A stretch of DNA of 64,000 nucleotides from a virus (lineage: Duplodnaviria; Heunggongvirae; Uroviricota; Caudoviricetes): IMG/VR virus record IMGVR_UViG_3300037484_000445, positions 323,863 through 387,862 of that record, one strand, 5' to 3'. Position 1 is the stretch's first letter; each line of letters starts with the position of its first letter. Position numbers and translations under genes: made by a program. Below, piece by piece: positions 1 through 9,103 of the stretch. The notes under the pieces are model-generated. The model made no database searches and was not told the DNA's origin. It saw only the letters and a program-made list of their open reading frames with translations.

Positions 1-1
1 C

Positions 2-1009
2 CTGCGGATCCCTGACAACGGTAAAGAGTACCCCCTTCCTCCAGGATTGGGCACGTTTCCCCTACGCCAGATCGACGACTTCAAGGACCGTGTTCCAGCC
101 AAGTGGGTCGAGCATGGAGGGATCTTTCTGCCTCTCTACCAGAGTGAAGCCCTATGGCTCAGGTTTGCCCCGAGCTCAGTCGATAGACGTGGAATCTACC
201 CCTTTGCCATCAAGGTGGCCGCGGGCAAAGTCAGTGCTGTCACGGGTGATGAATGGACGAGCGGGCTCAAGGCCAAGGACTACATGGTAGCGCCTAAGCA
301 GCCCTGGTTGGATGGCTACGCTGTCGGCGATGGGGTGATTCGGCAATTCGTGGCGGCTCCCCTGGGATCGGGATTCTCGGTGGAAGAGCAGATCACAGGC
401 AAAGCTGAGTTTGGTGGGATCCAGATCGAGGTCTTCCCAATGAAGTGGGAGGTTTTCAAGGAGAAGTTCCCCAAGCACAAGCCCGAAAGCATCCTCAGAA
501 GTGCAAAGTTCCGTGTGAGCGCCCCTTCAGGACAGTCAGTAAATTACAGTTCCGATTCCCTATGCCTCATGGACTGCATGGAGATGGAGCGTAGTGATTC
601 TCGCGGCCTCGACATGAGCTTGGCTGCTGGTGGTCGTATGAAGCAGCAGATCTTCGACGATCCTTACCAGATCAGCGATTGGGACACAAACCACGGGATC
701 CGGTGCTTCGTACACCTAGCCAATAGTGTGCTGTGGCGAGACATCACGCAGACGGATCCACCCCACGTCCCCTTCACGGCACAGAACTATGCTCGTCAAG
801 GCCTCCCCTGGTACGACTACTATTCCGATGGTCCGACCATCGGAGGCACGGAGAAGCTTCAGGGCGTCAAGAGCGTAGCCGAAATAGCGGGATCCAAGGG
901 GATCACGTCCGTCATCCTGCCGAACAACGGAGACATCTCGATCCCAACTGAGAAAATCACTCACGTAGGGACTGAGAAGCGGCCAGGTGTCCGCACCGGC
1001 AACTGGTAA
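2..1009 (+). CDS. Conserved hypothetical protein, 5'-partial
   Basis: Frame is open to the window edge (LRIPDNGKEYPLPPGLGTFPL...). Motifs PLYQSEALW, QPWLDG, IRQFVA and LAAGGRMKQQI recall a widespread uncharacterised family. Confidence 0.8.
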   Translation: MRIPDNGKEYPLPPGLGTFPLRQIDDFKDRVPAKWVEHGGIFLPLYQSEALWLRFAPSSVDRRGIYPFAIKVAAGKVSAVTGDEWTSGLKAKDYMVAPKQPWLDGYAVGDGVIRQFVAAPLGSGFSVEEQITGKAEFGGIQIEVFPMKWEVFKEKFPKHKPESILRSAKFRVSAPSGQSVNYSSDSLCLMDCMEMERSDSRGLDMSLAAGGRMKQQIFDDPYQISDWDTNHGIRCFVHLANSVLWRDITQTDPPHVPFTAQNYARQGLPWYDYYSDGPTIGGTEKLQGVKSVAEIAGSKGITSVILPNNGDISIPTEKITHVGTEKRPGVRTGNW

Positions 1010-1018
1010 GCAGCTCGT

Positions 1019-1045
1019 GAGGGGGACGCCAAAAACGTCCCCCTC
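1019..1045. terminator. Hairpin between convergent genes
   Basis: GAGGGGGACG-CCAAAAA-CGTCCCCCTC, perfect 10-bp stem. Confidence 0.7.
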
Positions 1046-1057
1046 AACGCTCTAGCT

Positions 1058-1624
1058 TTAGAGGTCCTTCACACGGGCGAGGGCTGCAATCGATGTGGCG
1101 AGGGCCGAGATGATCTCATTGTCTCTGGCTACATTCGCTAAGTATTGGTCTTGACTGACTTTATCCTCATAACCCTTCGGTACTTCGGTATCAGCCTTTC
1201 CCAGGTGTTCGTGTCGACGCTCTGTCTGCCAAAGAAGTCGTTCCGAGAGGACTCCTAGGACGTGTTGGATGGGCGGGTCACCTGGCTCTGAAAGATACTT
1301 TGGGTTGATGGCCCCATTCCTAGCCAAGGTGATGAGGTAGAAGATCATGCCACTTACGGCAGATTCCACCGTTTCTCCAGTACAAACGATAGCTCTGTAC
1401 GGGTTTACGGCTATGTAGTAGGGTTTACCGTGGTTATCTTCATCTGAGGTCGGAATGACCCTCTTCACAGCGAATTCAAATTCGTTGTCTCTTACGGGTG
1501 AAGTCTCACAGGAATGTCTAAGGACATACTCCCCTGGATAATCATCCATGTTGTACCATGGGCGCGTACCGTGGGTAAGGATGGGACTATCCGTTGTGCT
1601 AACCGAGTCTTCAGCTGTTTTCAT
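1058..1624 (-). CDS. Hypothetical protein with HicB-like motif
   Basis: 188 aa; YYIAVNPYRAIVCTGETVESAV resembles the HicB-type beta-beta-beta-alpha motif. Confidence 0.65.
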   Translation of the reverse strand: MKTAEDSVSTTDSPILTHGTRPWYNMDDYPGEYVLRHSCETSPVRDNEFEFAVKRVIPTSDEDNHGKPYYIAVNPYRAIVCTGETVESAVSGMIFYLITLARNGAINPKYLSEPGDPPIQHVLGVLSERLLWQTERRHEHLGKADTEVPKGYEDKVSQDQYLANVARDNEIISALATSIAALARVKDL

Positions 1625-1722
1625 ACAATCCTTTCAGCTTTCCGGTAACCCGTGGGCCCGGGAGCTAACTGGGGTTGCACTTCAGGGAGCATAAGTGGAT
1701 TCGTACTGGTGTATTTACTACC

Positions 1723-2079
1723 ATGGCTGAAATGAAGCCCGAAGTCTGGTGCCGCGACGTAAGCGAGTATTTTAGCGCCATCACAGATGCCGTGAGAGTT
1801 CATGGTCTGGGGCAATCGAGTCCCATGAATGACACAAGAACGCTTACCGTTGGCGTAGTCTTTCCTGATAGAACGCTCCGCATCAGGCTGAACCAGATCA
1901 AGGTCCTTGGAGAAACGAAGGAGTGGCACGAAAGCGTTCTAAAGTTGCCTTCAGGAACAATTGTCAAAAGAATTAGCCGCTTCGATGAGCGTAAGTGCCT
2001 AGCAGAATTCAAGCGAAGAACCCTGGAAGCCGTCGAGGAAGGAGAACGCCTCCGAGCTTTAGGCACCACTTACCATTGA
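1723..2079 (+). CDS. Hypothetical protein
   Basis: ATG 9 nt after GGTGTA (1708-1713). Confidence 0.7.
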   Translation: MAEMKPEVWCRDVSEYFSAITDAVRVHGLGQSSPMNDTRTLTVGVVFPDRTLRIRLNQIKVLGETKEWHESVLKLPSGTIVKRISRFDERKCLAEFKRRTLEAVEEGERLRALGTTYH

Positions 2080-2100
2080 CTCTGGTGTATTAGACGGTCC

Positions 2101-2370
2101 ATGAGAACGTTCAAAATTGCTCTCGGGACCAAAGTCAAGGACAAGGTAACAGGGCTCAAGGGCGTGGTCGTAGCACGAACGGAATGGTTGTTCGGATGTC
2201 TACGTTACACGGTCCAACCCCAAAAGCTGAAAGACGGATCCCCTATTGCTATGGAAACCTTCGACGAGGCTGCCCTCGTGGTTCTAGGCACCCTCAAGGG
2301 TTGTACCGTCAAGGGCGATCCCGGCGGGTCTCGTGATGTCCCCAAGCGTGGGCAGACTGTCCGACGATAA
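2101..2370 (+). CDS. Small phage hypothetical protein (SH3-like beta fold)
   Basis: LGTKVKDKVTGLKGVVVARTEWLFGC pattern; GGTGTA 11 nt upstream. Confidence 0.8.
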   Translation: MRTFKIALGTKVKDKVTGLKGVVVARTEWLFGCLRYTVQPQKLKDGSPIAMETFDEAALVVLGTLKGCTVKGDPGGSRDVPKRGQTVRR

Positions 2371-2565
2371 AAGGTCCTGGTTGCCCTCCTCACAGGGGAT
2401 CAAGGCAACATAGTCTCCAGCCCCTACGGTCTTGTGGGGACGTGCTCCTGAGGCTTTCAGGCGGTCTGGCAGGCATTCTAGGCAGAAGGGGTTCTCGGCG
2501 TAGGACATACCACTGACTTTCATTTCTCGGCCACAGAACCTACAACGGTGTATCCGTTCGAGCAT
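2284..2565 (-). CDS. Small Cys-motif hypothetical protein
   Basis: CRFC...CLEC; 3' end overlaps the opposite-strand gene. Confidence 0.45.
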   Translation of the reverse strand: MLERIHRCRFCGREMKVSGMSYAENPFCLECLPDRLKASGARPHKTVGAGDYVALIPCEEGNQDLLSSDSLPTLGDITRPAGIALDGTTLEGA

Positions 2566-2582
2566 AAGATCTCTGGAGTATC

Positions 2583-3011
2583 ATGCTACCCAAGTACCGT
2601 CCACCGACACCACCCGGAACTCTCCTTCGAGAAATCATGCAGGATTTTGGCTTGACCAAGAGCGAGGTTGCAAAAAGTCTCGGTCTTACACGTGGAAAGG
2701 TCGATGGTCTTCTAACAGGGCGAGCAAGAATCACCGCGTCGGATGCCCTCAGATTGGCAAAAGTCCTCAGAACCACACCCGAATTGTGGTTGAACCTCCA
2801 AATGAACGTTGACCTATGGAAAGCCCAGAACGAACTGAAGAAGGGGCTGTCTGGGTTAAAGCCTCTAAAACAGCTGGAACCTACGCAACCCGTCGATATT
2901 ACGGTCGAAGATTGGCGTAAACTCGAGGACATGGCACAGAAACAAGGTATTTCAGCTGATGTTTTGGCCGCTATGATCTTGCATCGTTGCCTTCGAGCGG
3001 TGAAGTTGTGA
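2583..3011 (+). CDS. higA: HigA-family antitoxin (XRE HTH) with C-terminal RHH-like extension
   Basis: PTPPGTLLRE...GLTKSEVAKSLG...ITASDALRLAKVLRTTPELWLNLQ is a typical HigA signature; no higB is adjacent. Confidence 0.85.
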   Translation: MLPKYRPPTPPGTLLREIMQDFGLTKSEVAKSLGLTRGKVDGLLTGRARITASDALRLAKVLRTTPELWLNLQMNVDLWKAQNELKKGLSGLKPLKQLEPTQPVDITVEDWRKLEDMAQKQGISADVLAAMILHRCLRAVKL

Positions 3012-3214
3012 GCTTTTCCGAGGCTCTCATCCTCCTCAAGGCGGGTCGCCAGATCCGTCGTAGAGGTAGGGTCGTTTGGATTCACATTGACAAGTACGGC
3101 CACATTCGAGAGCTGGACTTCGATTTTGGGTTTCCAGATTCAACTCTTTGGGAGCCAACCCACGAAGACCTGCTGGCCGAGGACTGGGAAGTTAGGAAGT
3201 CCGAAGGTACTTAA
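3008..3214 (+). CDS. DUF2829 / Tad2-like anti-defence protein
   Basis: GTG start overlaps the higA stop; SFSEALILLKAGRQIRRRG...WEPTHEDLLAEDWEV matches the DUF2829 end motifs. Confidence 0.75.
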   Translation: MSFSEALILLKAGRQIRRRGRVVWIHIDKYGHIRELDFDFGFPDSTLWEPTHEDLLAEDWEVRKSEGT

Positions 3215-3246
3215 GCTTTTGAGCGTTGCCACCGTATTGGCCCATC

Positions 3247-3540
3247 ATGCCCTACGTCCAAAGCGGAACCTACGCCCCTGGCGAAGTCCCGGAGTATGCC
3301 TTCTGCGAGTCGGTCACAGCCGGTCCTAAGGCTCCCTGGCATATCAGGAAGGTAGCCACAATTCTGAAGCTCACGGGCGGTATAGACTCCTCCAGCTTGT
3401 GCGGGAGCGTACACCCTTCTGGCCCCGAGTGGGGCCACCTCGGGGGCTGGGACGTGAACGTCAAGATCTCCGAGGGTCATCTAACGCACACCTGCCCGGG
3501 ATGCCGTGAGGCCTATCGCAAAATTGGTGAACCCAAGTGA
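3247..3540 (+). CDS. Hypothetical Cys/His-rich protein
   Basis: ATG follows class I promoter TTAAGC(3211)-N18-TATTGG. Confidence 0.7.
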   Translation: MPYVQSGTYAPGEVPEYAFCESVTAGPKAPWHIRKVATILKLTGGIDSSSLCGSVHPSGPEWGHLGGWDVNVKISEGHLTHTCPGCREAYRKIGEPK

Positions 3541-4067
3541 TCATCACTTCAAGCCAACGGGTTTTCCCATTTCACAAGGAATCACGGGTTTTCTTGGACT
3601 CTAAGCGTATTCTCAATCCCAATGAGCCTCCGAAGAAATGGGAGGTTTCTCCTCGAGTCAGTAAGACGGCAACCTCGGCTCCACAGATTTTCCTCTACCC
3701 TAAGACCGTCGAACAGGCGATCTATTCTATGCAGCACGAGATTCACGCCTGTGGCATCATCTTCGATGACGAGCCTATAGTCCCATTATTCCCTTTTGGG
3801 CCGGTCTGGCTTAACACCAACGACGGTATATACTCTTGGGGCGTGGGTGACGCTAAAGAGAAGTTCAAAGGGCAACCCTTTCAAGGAGCCTTCGGACATC
3901 TCTGCCAAGATGGGTGCAAGTTTCACTCAGGGGCATCGAGTAACAGGCCGCCTAGTCTTGAAGGGATTATCATCAAGAGGGCCTGGATCCCTCATCTTAC
4001 ACAATCTCTACAAGCCTTCGTGCAGAAAAATGAACCTTGGCATAACGGGACTGGAGTTTACACCTGA
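3537..4067 (+). CDS. Hypothetical protein
   Basis: 176 aa; GTGA overlap with the previous stop. Confidence 0.65.
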   Translation: MIITSSQRVFPFHKESRVFLDSKRILNPNEPPKKWEVSPRVSKTATSAPQIFLYPKTVEQAIYSMQHEIHACGIIFDDEPIVPLFPFGPVWLNTNDGIYSWGVGDAKEKFKGQPFQGAFGHLCQDGCKFHSGASSNRPPSLEGIIIKRAWIPHLTQSLQAFVQKNEPWHNGTGVYT

Positions 4068-4107
4068 TAGGGCTTAAGATCTTGAGGGGGTCGTTCGTAC
4101 TATCAGC

Positions 4108-4686
4108 ATGACCGACCCCATCTACGTACCCACCAAAGAGCTCCCCGAATCCGTTCGCCATGCCCTCAAAGAGATCGGCTACGGAAAGACGGACATCGGC
4201 CTCAAGGCGTCGGAAACCGTAAGCGTGGGGCAAGGTGGAGGCGACGGTCGTCGGTCCTTCTACGCTATCGTCTCCTTGGACGGCTCAGTGGCTCACAAGG
4301 TCGAGTACGGTAGTTGGGGCGGTGCCAACCCCTTCGAAGCGAAGCGTGTCGACCGCGACCAGCAAAGTCACCCGATCGTCCCCGGGTACGCAGTCATCGT
4401 TGGCTCAGAGGCCAATGGGACCAAGGTCTACTGCACGATGCACGTCCACCCGAGCAACTTCGCTCCCTTGCTCCCTGCCAAAGCCGAGCTCAACGATCAT
4501 CTTCGCGGAATCCTTCGGGTCTTTGCTAGCTACACGAGCGCCGGCCGCAAGAACGAGTGGGAGCGCTCCCCTGAGTCCAAGCCGACCGAAGCTGACTACG
4601 AGACTCTTTTCGGCCTAGGGCTACTCAAGAAGAATGCTTCCGGCGCCGTATCGATCACCACGGCTGGTAAAAATGAGGCGCGGTAG
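4108..4686 (+). CDS. Hypothetical protein, possible C-terminal winged helix
   Basis: 192 aa; class I promoter TTAAGA(4074)-N18-TACTAT-N4-ATG. Confidence 0.8.
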   Translation: MTDPIYVPTKELPESVRHALKEIGYGKTDIGLKASETVSVGQGGGDGRRSFYAIVSLDGSVAHKVEYGSWGGANPFEAKRVDRDQQSHPIVPGYAVIVGSEANGTKVYCTMHVHPSNFAPLLPAKAELNDHLRGILRVFASYTSAGRKNEWERSPESKPTEADYETLFGLGLLKKNASGAVSITTAGKNEAR

Positions 4687-4712
4687 GGCGGCTTGGTGTA
4701 TATACGGATCGC

Positions 4713-4880
4713 ATGGGGCATGAAATAATAGCGATGGCATTTGCTGAACTACGGGGTTCCAAACGTGAACGTATTGCAGGAACCATCTACACGGTTTTTG
4801 CAATTACCCTAGGTTTAGTCATACTCGCCACATCAATCGTCGGGATTTGGTACCTCGGCCATCGTTGGGAGATCTGGTGA
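4713..4880 (+). CDS. Small membrane protein (55 aa, not in ORF track)
   Basis: MGHEIIAMAF...TIYTVFAITLGLVILATSIVGIWYLG; GGTGTA 12 nt upstream. Confidence 0.65.
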   Translation: MGHEIIAMAFAELRGSKRERIAGTIYTVFAITLGLVILATSIVGIWYLGHRWEIW

Positions 4881-4884
4881 GAAC

Positions 4885-5055
4885 ATGGACGACTTGATAG
4901 ACGGCTACACGGAACGCAAAAAGGAAATGAGAGTCAAGGCCGATAAGGCCGCTCGGGCCTTCAAGGTGTTCTTCATCGCAACCCTTGTGCTAGGGTTGAC
5001 TTTGCTGGGTACTGGGCTCTACGTAGCCTGGCATTTTCTATCCAAAGTTTGGTGA
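4885..5055 (+). CDS. Small membrane protein (56 aa, not in ORF track)
   Basis: MDDLIDGYTERKKE...VFFIATLVLGLTLLGTGLYVAWHFL. Confidence 0.65.
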   Translation: MDDLIDGYTERKKEMRVKADKAARAFKVFFIATLVLGLTLLGTGLYVAWHFLSKVW

Positions 5056-5275
5056 GCATTTGGTCCTTGGTGCGATTATCTATCAATCCTTGGACACCCC
5101 GCCCAGTGACCGTGGGCTAGTCGGGTTGCATCCCGATGAAAGTAACCGAGGTTGGTCGCTCGGAAAACCGCACCTGGGACCGGAGGTCCCGTCGGCTTGG
5201 CGGCGTAGGCTGAATCGGCTGAGAGAAATCGTTGACGTCGGAATGGCCACCAAGCACTAATTTTCACCAAACTCC

Positions 5276-5305
5276 TTAATCGCCTGTCTTGAATGTCCGT
5301 ATAGC
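5276..5305 (+). promoter_or_regulatory. Class I promoter upstream of non-coding region with solo CRISPR repeat
   Basis: TTAATC-N18-TATAGC. Confidence 0.6.
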
Positions 5306-5571
5306 CCAATGAAAGGGAGATGATCGCTTCAAAGCACCCTAGTAGCTTGCAGGTGTAACCCCTGCCTACCATCAGGCAAAAGGGAATTCCTGGTCGATTC
5401 GAACGGCCGCGATTGACCTCTGACGGTTGAAGTTCTTACGACAGCACCCTACGAAGGTGTTGAGTTACTAGCGTGCCTTGAGGTGGTCATCACGAAGATA
5501 ATCGCTTCAAAGCACCCAATCGATAGAGGTTCGAGCCCTCCGGGCTTATTCCCAACACGAATTTGAAGGCC

Positions 5572-5607
5572 GTCATCCTATGAACCGAGTCCTTTAGCTC
5601 TTCTCAC
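5572..5607 (+). CRISPR. Solo copy of the IscB array repeat
   Basis: GTCATCCTATGAACCGAGTCCTTTAGCTCTTCTCAC, 34/36 identical to the array consensus (crRNA sense on +). Confidence 0.9.
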
Positions 5608-5763
5608 CTCTGCTGTAGGGTTGGTTCAACAGTCTTCGAAAAGGTTTATTGCCTTTTCGGGAGTTGAAACGTTGCATAATTGTTTTCTCCAACAGAAGGA
5701 GAGAGCCCACCATCCAGGTCATGGCATACCCTGGATGGTGGGCTCTCCGATTAGAAAGACGCC

Positions 5764-6258
5764 ATGAGTGCCGAAGGTTTAGTTCCCGGAATGTCCAAAG
5801 ACGAGGTAGCTGCGAGACTCCAATTACGCATGGAGCGTGACGTATCACCCGAATCTACGGACGAGTTTCAAACCTCCATCGATTCCCTGATCCAAGAGGG
5901 TGAAGCGCTCGCCGCCGTAGGTAAAGTTCTCAAGGGTCTGAATCGAAGATCGGCTCTCAAAGTCCTCATCATCACGGCTATTCGCTATGATCTCTTCGAT
6001 GCCGCTAGAGAAGCTCTAGGTGTGTTGGAACGTCTCCCCAAAGAGGAACCCCCAGAAGTGTCGGACACTGCTGATTACAGCAAGTGTGCCTACTGCCCTA
6101 AGCCGACAACACGGATGCTGACCTCTCCAATGATTGTCGGGTCGAAGGGGATCCCCTTCTGTGCGGATGATCACGACGTGCAACAGACGCCCCAATACAA
6201 GGTCCTCATCGATCCTAAGTTCATAACACTTGGTGTATCACCCGAGGATGGCCAATAA
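5764..6258 (+). CDS. Hypothetical protein with C-terminal Zn-finger-like motif
   Basis: 164 aa; CAYC...CADDH. Confidence 0.7.
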   Translation: MSAEGLVPGMSKDEVAARLQLRMERDVSPESTDEFQTSIDSLIQEGEALAAVGKVLKGLNRRSALKVLIITAIRYDLFDAAREALGVLERLPKEEPPEVSDTADYSKCAYCPKPTTRMLTSPMIVGSKGIPFCADDHDVQQTPQYKVLIDPKFITLGVSPEDGQ

Positions 6259-6610
6259 GTTCGCGTCTGTCGTGTTCCCTCGATACGCCGAAGACGTATC
6301 GACGAAGAAACGCACCCTGTATCATTGCGTCGACACGCCTTGGGATGTTGGCCAGCACCTGATTCTGACGCCGCACCACAACTTCCCCCGCGGCACCCCA
6401 GCCAAAGTCACGAACGTGACTCAGGTGAAGCTCAAGGATCTGAGCGAAGAGGATCTATTGAAGCTCGGTGGCATCACCGCCGAAGAATACTTAGCCCGTT
6501 GGGACGCCGCGTTTCCCGAACACTCTTCCAATACCGATCCCTTGGTGTGGAGGATTGAGTTCAAGTATAACTACTACGAGTCTTTCCTGATACCAGGACC
6601 GAAGCCCTAA
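6248..6610 (+). CDS. ASCH/PUA-like domain protein
   Basis: VKLKDLSEEDLLKLGG...YLARWD...DPLVWRIEF; GGTGTA 10 nt upstream. Confidence 0.7.
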   Translation: MANKFASVVFPRYAEDVSTKKRTLYHCVDTPWDVGQHLILTPHHNFPRGTPAKVTNVTQVKLKDLSEEDLLKLGGITAEEYLARWDAAFPEHSSNTDPLVWRIEFKYNYYESFLIPGPKP

Positions 6611-6680
6611 CCTTTGAGCTGATAGGCCCTCTTTGTAAGGTGCCTGGCTGCAGCTGTTCCTTTTATGCCACCCTCAGGGC

Positions 6681-7403
6681 ATGAGGACCGCTCGGGCCAT
6701 ACTGGTCGACAAAAACCGCCTTAGGGAGCTCTCACGGGAGCTGCAACGAGCCGTCGCCATGAAGACCCGGGGTAGGGAAGGCCCCTTAGGAAAGACCGTC
6801 CTAGTGCCCTCAGCGCCCTACGATATACGGACCGTTGACGGCCGAAGCCGGGACATCTTCATTCGGATGCAGTCGGTAGTGACCCAGAGTCCCTACTACG
6901 CCGTTAGTGGTGGGTTTGGATCAACGGCTTCCGGCAAGCCTACGCTTGTCGTGAACATCAACGGGAGCCTCAATGCTGAGAACCTGTTCAAGTCAGCCAA
7001 CTCGGACAGCTTCCTCATAGCCAACCAGATTTACGACGTCTTGCTCCATGAAGTGACCCATGCGGCCGATATCTTCACCAAGGGCGTCGCCGAATCCCTC
7101 AGCGAGCAAGAGGCCCGGGAAAACCCTAAAGCCTATTACAATCATCCAAGTGAGGTACGTGCCTACCTCCAAGAGATTCTAAGCGAGCTTGAGCACACCT
7201 TCAAAAACTACGAGAAGTTCGTCAAGCTTTTTGGGCCAAGCAAGGGTATCACCGTCATGCTCAACCAGAGTAAGACCTGGCAGGAGATCGAACCGTATCT
7301 AACAGAGAAGAACAAGCGACTCATTATCAAGGCCGTAGCTCAAAGGGTCACCGAAGAAACACCAGCTAAGAGGCTGGTCGCGAGGTATTTGGGGCATCCA
7401 TGA
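6681..7403 (+). CDS. Putative zincin-like metallopeptidase
   Basis: LLHEVTHAAD (HExxH) and a downstream YYNHPSEVRAY. Confidence 0.6.
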   Translation: MRTARAILVDKNRLRELSRELQRAVAMKTRGREGPLGKTVLVPSAPYDIRTVDGRSRDIFIRMQSVVTQSPYYAVSGGFGSTASGKPTLVVNINGSLNAENLFKSANSDSFLIANQIYDVLLHEVTHAADIFTKGVAESLSEQEARENPKAYYNHPSEVRAYLQEILSELEHTFKNYEKFVKLFGPSKGITVMLNQSKTWQEIEPYLTEKNKRLIIKAVAQRVTEETPAKRLVARYLGHP

Positions 7404-7756
7404 GAGGTCTCTTTAGTCTCATTCAGTATTGCCCCGACTTAGGCCGTATGGAATGTGCCAATGTCGGGATTGTCCTTGTCACGCTACCTTACGAGGTTCA
7501 CGTCAAGATGAGCCCGGACAATGAGGTCCCAAAGCAGCGAGGATTCATATTCGATGATGACTTTCTTACTTCGGCAAAGACCGCTATAAGGAACCGTATT
7601 AGCCACGAGGCGGCGTCTTGGTCCGATCCCAAGGAGTTGGAGGTCTTTCGTAGGAAAGAGGGCAACAACCTCGTTCTGACGGTGCCAAAGACCGTTCTTT
7701 TTGAGGATCCCGAGGCAGAGCTCGACAAACTGTACGAAGAGCTGGTGCAGCTCTAG
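7400..7756 (+). CDS. DUF3037-family protein
   Basis: SLIQYCPDLGRMECANVGIVL signature. Confidence 0.75.
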   Translation: MRGLFSLIQYCPDLGRMECANVGIVLVTLPYEVHVKMSPDNEVPKQRGFIFDDDFLTSAKTAIRNRISHEAASWSDPKELEVFRRKEGNNLVLTVPKTVLFEDPEAELDKLYEELVQL

Positions 7757-8241
7757 TCGATCGAGGTCGGTAGCCGCAATTCTGTAACCTGTTCGGCCGT
7801 GAGTTCAGGACTAACGAAGTACGGCTCCAAGGGATGGGTCGAGAAAGCCAACCCCAGCCGAATCGAGATCATTGGCTGTTCCAAGCGTCTGAGGCCGTAG
7901 CTCTGCACTACGCCATAGATCGCTCCTTCATCGGCTGAGATACTTGGGCGGACATTCGCAGGTTCGATCCATCTACCCCTAATGTGGTGAGCTAAGAACT
8001 CGAGGTCCTCTACAACCTTGTTCGCCAGCCCATGGGTTCCTTCACGTAGAGTGGCTTGGTACTCGAGGGTCCGAAGCATAACGGGACGCACACCATAGAC
8101 ACCCAACACAACCCTATCGAGGGCAAGGATCAGGGATTCTTGATTCTCTCCCTTGCTGGCAAACCCCATGCTGGTTTCCACGAATCTGTCGAGATTCTTG
8201 GTGTCCTTTTCGACGAGCCACCACTTGATAGGAATGGTCAC
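7753..8241 (-). CDS. Hypothetical protein
   Basis: GTG start overlaps the upstream TGA; 162 aa. Confidence 0.65.
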   Translation of the reverse strand: MTIPIKWWLVEKDTKNLDRFVETSMGFASKGENQESLILALDRVVLGVYGVRPVMLRTLEYQATLREGTHGLANKVVEDLEFLAHHIRGRWIEPANVRPSISADEGAIYGVVQSYGLRRLEQPMISIRLGLAFSTHPLEPYFVSPELTAEQVTELRLPTSID

Positions 8242-8837
8242 ACAGTATCCTTGAAAAGAGGGGCCAAGGACGAAATGACGTAGCGATCGACGATGACATC
8301 GGCAAGAGCTCCCAAGATGGATGCTTCGTTGGGTTCGAGCTTGACCCAAGTTGCCAAGGCCACACCAGTTTCCGCTGAAACCTTCTCCCACTTCATGATG
8401 ACGTCGGTGCCCTGGAAGGTGATGAACCCTAAATAACGTTCACCCTTGTATCCGCGAGGTCCCTTCCATTTGAAGACCACGTCGATGGTCGTCACAAGAT
8501 ACGCCAGCGAGTCCTCAAAGCACGAGGCTGAATCCCCTTCACAAGTGCAATCTGCCTTTGTGTCTTGTTCTTTCCACGTGATATCATAGGTCCCGCTATC
8601 GGGCAGTTGCAGCAGCTGAACGATGGTATTGGAGCAACTGGCTAGAAGTCTCAACACGCTCGTCAACTTCTTTGTTGAATCGCCGCGGGCGAGGAGGGCC
8701 TTGACGGCGATCTCTTTTTCGGCGGCAAAACGACGTTGAATGGCCTCGTGAATGGTGCCTAGGGTAATGACGTGCAAGGTGGGGTTTCCTGAGGGTGGTG
8801 GGACTTTGGCGTAGCGAAGCATAAACGGCTTGAACAA
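8238..8837 (-). CDS. Hypothetical protein
   Basis: 199 aa; TTG start 12 nt after the minus-strand GGTGTA. Confidence 0.7.
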   Translation of the reverse strand: MFKPFMLRYAKVPPPSGNPTLHVITLGTIHEAIQRRFAAEKEIAVKALLARGDSTKKLTSVLRLLASCSNTIVQLLQLPDSGTYDITWKEQDTKADCTCEGDSASCFEDSLAYLVTTIDVVFKWKGPRGYKGERYLGFITFQGTDVIMKWEKVSAETGVALATWVKLEPNEASILGALADVIVDRYVISSLAPLFKDTV

Positions 8838-8841
8838 GATT

Positions 8842-8855
8842 GGTGTATATACACC
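8842..8855. promoter_or_regulatory. Bidirectional class II motif
   Basis: Perfect palindrome GGTGTATATACACC, with start codons 10 nt (+) and 12 nt (-) downstream. Confidence 0.65.
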
Positions 8856-8857
8856 GA

Positions 8858-9103
8858 ATGGTCAAGCCCGACGAGGTATTTATTATCGACGGCATTACTC
8901 GCCGCCAGATCCTCGAAGATATTGGGGGTATTCTGGGTCTAGACATTTGCCTCAATGATCCACGAGTAACCCGAGAAATGTGCGTCGAGCTGGCCCACGA
9001 ACTTAGCCTAGTCAAACCCGAGGAACGGGATGCTCGCTACTTCATCCTGCTGGGACGTATTGCTAACGCTTCAGGTCTCCATCAGGAGGCGTACACGCCT
9101 TAG
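8858..9103 (+). CDS. Hypothetical protein
   Basis: ATG 10 nt after GGTGTA. Confidence 0.65.
   Translation: MVKPDEVFIIDGITRRQILEDIGGILGLDICLNDPRVTREMCVELAHELSLVKPEERDARYFILLGRIANASGLHQEAYTP

Noticed and set aside
5323-5550. tRNA-Sec / opal suppressor (CTTCAAA loop)
   Set aside because: No anticodon stem closes the loop and no acceptor stem could be built.
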